This document shows positions 59,301 to 64,000 of a stretch of 64,000 bases of DNA, one piece after another. Each line of letters begins with the position of its first letter. The first letter of the stretch is position 1. The stretch is from Felis catus (lineage: Eukaryota), in the NCBI RefSeq assembly GCF_018350175.1, contig NC_058369.1:4154001-4218000 (forward strand), in the 5' to 3' direction. The notes beneath the pieces were generated by a model. The model worked only from the letters and a program-made list of their open reading frames with translations. It did no database searches and was not told where the DNA came from. Both the position numbers and the translations under genes were made by a program.

Positions 59301-62300
59301 CCCTCCCCACCGCATGACATCTGACGTAACCAGAGTGATATAAAAACAGGAAAATTACATCCACCTACCTCAATTCCGCCTTTACACTTTCAATGTTTTA
59401 TCTTTGGAAATTGCTTTTCATCGGGTGCTTATTACTGATCTTTAGATTTGTGTGACTGTCTCTCTAGGACCATCTGTATTTTTCATCGGGGACACCACGC
59501 TTGATTAAACATCCTTGCAAGAAAAACACAGCCCTGTATCTAGGGTAAGTGACCGTTTTATGTCCCGTTACCGTCCTTTCTATTAAAACGTGAGATCTGC
59601 CCTCATTCATTCATCCATTCATTCAACAAACGTTACGGAAGATGGCTCTCCGTCCTGTGTTGCTGGTTACTGGTCTGTAGGGAGCTCGGAGTTGGTGTGG
59701 GGGCCAAAGGAAGAGAGAGGAAAACACCGGCAAATAAACTAAAATAATGACAACACTGCGGTGCCTCCTGTCAGGGATCCTTGATACGATTAGTCATCAC
59801 GGGGGCCCGAGCACGCAAAGCAGTGGCAACACCGTGACGGCGGAGTCACTCGGGGATCACATGTCCAGCAGCCAGAGGTTCTGGTGAATCCGGTGGAGAA
59901 GAGAAAGGGCGGTCAGAAAGCAGAAGACCTAGAGGCTGAGGAAGGCAGGAGCCAAGGAGGGGAGGGATGTCACAGAGAAGGCAGGGCAGGTGGGGAAAAC
60001 AGCCAACACAGCAGCGGGGCAGATGGGAGAGGAAGCAAGGACACAGAGGTCCAAGGTTGATGGCACTCTCTCCGGAAGCCAAGACAGACCGAAGAGAGAA
60101 GAAAGGTCACCAGAGAGAGAGAGGCTGCGTAGTGAAGGAGGCAGAGTCTGGACATGACCGCTGGTGGGAAGGCCTGGCCGAGGGGATGGCCACGGAAGGG
60201 GGGAGAGATGGGGCCAGGCCCTGGGCCAAGTGAGGACTCAGCTACTCCTGATAAGATGTGAATTCTGTCCTTCCTTGAAAGTTGATCTGCCACTCGTGGC
60301 TATCTAAAGTTTCCATCAGCAGCTGAATGGATAAACACAGGGTGAGGCACCCACACACTGGAACGTTATTCAGCTTTAAAAAGGAAGGACATTCTGGGGC
60401 ACCCAGGTGGCTCAGTGGGTTGAGCCCCCGACTCTCGACTTCAGCTCAGGTCATGATCCCTGGGTTGTGGATTCAGTCCCCTGCATCGGGCTCCACATTG
60501 AGCGTGGAGCCTGTTTAGGATTCTGTCTCTCTCCCTCCGGCCCTTTCTCCGGCTCATGCGCACTCTCTCACTCGCTCTCAAATAAAAAATAAAAATAAAA
60601 AAGGGAAGGACATCGTGCCACCATGTGGATGGACCCTGGGGTCACTGTGCACAGTGACAGAAGCCAGACACAGAAAGACACATCCTGCGCGACCCCACTC
60701 GTGAGGGGTCCCTAGAGGAGTCCCGTCCGCAGAGACAGAGAGTGGATGGTGGGAGCCAGGGGTGGGGTAGGGGCAGGGAATCAGTGCTTCATGGGGACAG
60801 AGTCCCAGTCTGGGGAGATGGAAAGTTCTGGAGACGGATGGCGGGGGCAGCTGCACGACAGTGTGACTGTGCTCGGTGCCACCAAACTGCACCCTAAAGA
60901 AATGATGATAATGGTCTATTTTGTGTATATTTTATCACCATTAAAATAAGCTTGAAATACAGATTTTATATTGTGTGTATTGTACTGCCATTAAAAAAAT
61001 TAAACAAAAAATTTAATTAAAACTAAATACAGTGAAAAAGCCACAAACTAACCACATTTCAAGCACTCAGTGTACCTGGTGGCAACCGTGTCGGACAGCT
61101 TTCCATCGTCATGTCTGCTTTAGAGCAGGAGTCACAAACTGTGGCCTCCCAGGCACATTCAGCCTGCCATCTGATTTTGCCGGGCTGGCAAGATAAGAAT
61201 CGTCTTTGCATTTTTATATGATTGGAAAAAAAATCAAAAGTAGAATCATATTTTGTGACGTGAACTGATGTGAAATTCAAATTTTTTTTTTTAATGTTTA
61301 CTTACTTTCGAGAGAGAGAGAGAGACAGAGCGTGAGCCGGGGAGGGGCAGAGAGAGAGGGAGACACAGAATCTGAGCTGTCAGCACAGAGCCCGACACGG
61401 GGCTCGAACCCACAAGCCGCAAGATCATGACCCAAGCCGAAGTCAGATGCTCAACCGACTGAGCCACCCAGGCGCCCCATGAGACATTCTAATGTTTAAT
61501 AAAATTATGGAATGTCACGTTTTGCCTATCATGCTGGTGAGGATGAGGGCAAACGCGGATGAGGCCAAAGTGGGTCCCCCTCCTGTGGGGGACAATTTGG
61601 CAGAATCTGTCAAAATGGTCAGCACATGTTCTCAGACACGACGATCCCGTTCCTTGCCAGTTAACCTAAAATTATAACTTGTTGATGTTCCTAGAGCATA
61701 TGCTTCCTGAGACCTTTGGGTGGAGAACAGGAAGCAGAGAGGGGAGACAGCAGAAGGACACAAGTGAGGGGCTGAGGCTGTGGTCCAGAGAGAGACCTGG
61801 GAGGCAGCACTGGAGGGAGACAGGGTTAGGAGAACAGGACATGGAATCTAGTGGCTCAGAGGAGGACGAGTCTTGGGGGTGGCTCCACCCAACAATCCAT
61901 GATGTTCTTTTCTCCCCCAGTGTTTTATTGGTTTTGATGTCAGCTGGATACTTGCTGAAAGTATCTAACCCTGTAAAAGAAACAATATAAAGGTAAAAAT
62001 AACAGAGAATCCTATCACTCTCATTCAACTATGTATTGGAGGTACCAGCCAATGCACTATGACAAGAGAAAAACGTGAAATACAAAACACATTAGAAAGA
62101 GACAACATTTTGCCAAATCCAAAGAACTAACCAGCAGCACTGAGTACAGCAAGATGGCCAAACACAACACAGATATTAAAAAACATCAACACCTCTCAGG
62201 GCACCTGCGTGGCTCCATCGGTTGAGCATCTGACTCTCGGTTTCAGCTCAGGTCATGATTTCACGGTTTGTGGGTTTCAAGCCCCATGTCAGGCTCTGTT

Positions 62301-63120
62301 CTGTCAGCACCAAGCCTGCTTGGGATTTCTCTCTCCCTCTCTCTCTGCCCCTCCCCTGTTCACATGTGAGCCTGTGCACTCACTCACATTCTCTTTATCT
62401 CAAAAAATAAACATTAAAAAAAAAATCAACACCTCTCTCGTAAACTAGCCATGAACACTCAAAAAAAGCAGTTATGAAAAACATCATTCCCAGTGACAAC
62501 AAAAACTTTAAAACACATAAGAATCAACTCAGCAATTCCTTTCTGTCTAAAACCATAAAACTCTCCTGGAGGGGGCAGGAGAAAGAGCTCTGGATAAGGA
62601 AGCCATATACCATGTTCATGGATGGCCTTTCACTTCTTTCTTTCTTTCTTTTTTAGTTTATTTATTTTGAGAGAGAGAGAGAGAGAGTGCAGAGGAGGAG
62701 CACAGATAGAGGGAGAGAGAGAGAATTCCAAACAGGCTTTGCACTGCCAGCGCAGACCTCAATGCGGGGCTCAAACCCACAAACCGTGAGATCATGACCT
62801 AAACCCAAATCAACAGTCTGATGCTTAACCGACTGAGCCACCGAGGCACCCTGATGAATTTTCACTTCTTAAAAGTTTTCCTGCCTGAGGGAACACATTG
62901 TTTTTTTCATACACACACATTCCTAGTCTGAAACCTTTTACTTCAGTGGGATTAGAATCATATAAATGGCAAAACTGAAGTTCATCCTGGGTAAGGCAAG
63001 TGTCACATATATAAAAGATATCATTTATATAATTTTATATTTGACATGGTCACCCTTTTAAAATAATGTTATTTCAAGAATGCAAATATCCAGTCTATAG
63101 AAGTTTACTCATGCAAAAAC

Positions 63121-63163
<43 letters not shown>

Positions 63164-63369
63164 ACTTAAATGGTTCCTTGTTAAAAAAAAAAGGGGGGGG
63201 GTATTTTGTTTCAACAGAACATTTTTAGAGTGCCTATCTTTGTCTCTTTTCTTGTATGAAATTGTCCTAATTTAACTCTTTTATTGTCTATTTCAGAAGA
63301 CAAATTTTTTTCACAAGAGATAATTTCAAAAGTAGTCTCCTTCCACTTTCCCTCCCTACATCAATAAAG
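56353..63369 (+). CDS. CATSPERD: Cation channel sperm-associated auxiliary subunit delta (TMEM146), first four coding exons; continues beyond the window
   Basis: Exons 56353-56426, 58586-58640, 59468-59544, 63297-63369 splice in frame to MLVLMLVAAATLRLCLVAGARQLCRIHTVRTGKVFHVSQQIQGDHLYFSSGTPRLIKHPCKKNTALYLGRQIFFTRDNFKSSLLPLSLPTSIK. Signal peptide plus RLIKHPC motif; head-to-head with LONP1. Confidence 0.9.
56795..56980. mobile_element. MER20-like hAT-Charlie MITE
   Basis: TGACATTTGGGG...AGCAGCATCCCTGGCC...ACAACCAAAAATGTCTCCAG...TTGAGAGCCACTG signature. Confidence 0.7.
57141..57354 (-). mobile_element. Can-SINE
   Basis: T-rich tail, (GA)n tract, reversed head. Confidence 0.88.
57728..57946 (-). 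mobile_element. Can-SINE
   Basis: T-rich tail, reversed SINEC_Fc-type body. Confidence 0.88.
58110..58265. mobile_element. MER5A-like hAT-Charlie MITE
   Basis: TGTGGTCC..GACCAGCAGCATCAGCATCACCTGGGA..TTGTTAGAA signature. Confidence 0.7.
60310..60950 (+). mobile_element. Old L1 3'-end fragment (L1MB-like) interrupted by a Can-SINE (60395-60602)
   Basis: GAATGGATAAAC...AGAAGCCAGACACAGAAAGACACA...AAAGTTCTGGAGA L1 3' motifs; GGAAGGACAT repeated either side of the SINE. Confidence 0.75.
61125..61478. mobile_element. MER58B-like DNA transposon fragment with an adjacent or inserted Can-SINE (61281-61478, -)
   Basis: CAAACTGTGGCC...GGAAAAAAAATCAAAAG..AATCATATTTTGTGAC signature followed by a SINE. 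Confidence 0.65.
62199..62851. mobile_element. Two inverted Can-SINEs (62199-62424 +, 62630-62851 -) within an old L1-like fragment
   Basis: SINE bodies; TSD ATCAACACCTCTC around the first; surrounding A-rich sequence resembles L1 ORF2. Confidence 0.8.
63121..63162. repeat. (GATA)n tetranucleotide microsatellite
   Basis: About 10 perfect AGAT units. Confidence 0.95.
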
Positions 63370-63555
63370 GTAGTTATCTTACTTAACCATCTGAAAGATT
63401 CCCAACATAAGTAACTCTTGGGGGGTGGCGGGAGGGGGGAGATACAGTTTGGAAATATCACACTAGTCTGTTTTTGTAAGCCTGGGGGCTTATATTACAA
63501 TGTACCTCTTAAAAGACATTAAGAGCAATTTCTAAGCCAGAGGAAGGGTTGATTC

Positions 63556-63600
63556 CTATTCTATTCTATCTATTCTTTTCTATTCTATTCTATTCTATTC
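63556..63600. repeat. (CTATT)n pentanucleotide repeat, imperfect
   Basis: Visible tandem CTATT units. Confidence 0.8.
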
Positions 63601-64000
63601 TTTTTCCTGAAAAAAAAAGAGACAATTCTGAAGAGAATTGTGGGAAGTGTGTGAGTTAAGGATAGATTACATACAGTAATCTTGGGCCCTCCCTTAATTG
63701 TCCTAAAGCAAAACAGAAAAACCTTTACCCTCTTGAGAAATTCTACCACTGGCCCCTAGCCGAAGAAGGTTTTGCCATCAATTAAAATGCCAATATTTCT
63801 CTTATAAGCGACATGTTTATCATTTATGTTCATCGTTTGTTACTTACTCTTTAGGCTTTACCCTCAGAGAAAGTTTTGGTAAGGAAGAAGGGGATTAGAG
63901 AGAATTCAGGTATCCGAGGGCACCGAACACCAACTCCAACCGCCCAGTTTTGGCCCCGACCCCAGGATATACCGTTCCCAGCACCTAGGAACCACACAGC

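Overview
Mammalian genomic DNA from a feliform carnivore, most likely a felid (many tRNA-derived Can-SINEs of the SINEC_Fc type). The gene order matches what I recall for human 19p13.3. The window holds six spliced protein-coding genes, all read from GT-AG exon boundaries: the 3' two-thirds of SAFB (+), complete MICOS13/QIL1 (-), HSD11B1L (+), RPL36 (+) and LONP1 (-), and the first four coding exons of CATSPERD (+). There are two head-to-head CpG-island promoters (MICOS13/HSD11B1L and LONP1/CATSPERD) and a tight tail-to-tail RPL36/LONP1 junction. Six N-gaps hide parts of two exons and the SAFB 3' UTR. Most entries in the ORF track are GC-rich or antisense shadows. I see no novel multi-gene system. 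The best leads are at the RNA and translation level: (1) a G-rich minisatellite in a LONP1 intron whose unit contains a copy of the exon/intron donor junction; (2) a SINE inserted between the branch point and 3' splice site of the last RPL36 intron, which has lost the CAG that would have competed as an acceptor; (3) an intact -1-frame ORF overlapping RPL36 (alt-RPL36-like); (4) a strong-context out-of-frame ATG 11 nt upstream of the LONP1 start; (5) a candidate 9-nt SAFB microexon. Gene and repeat names rest on my recall of family sequences, not on a database search.
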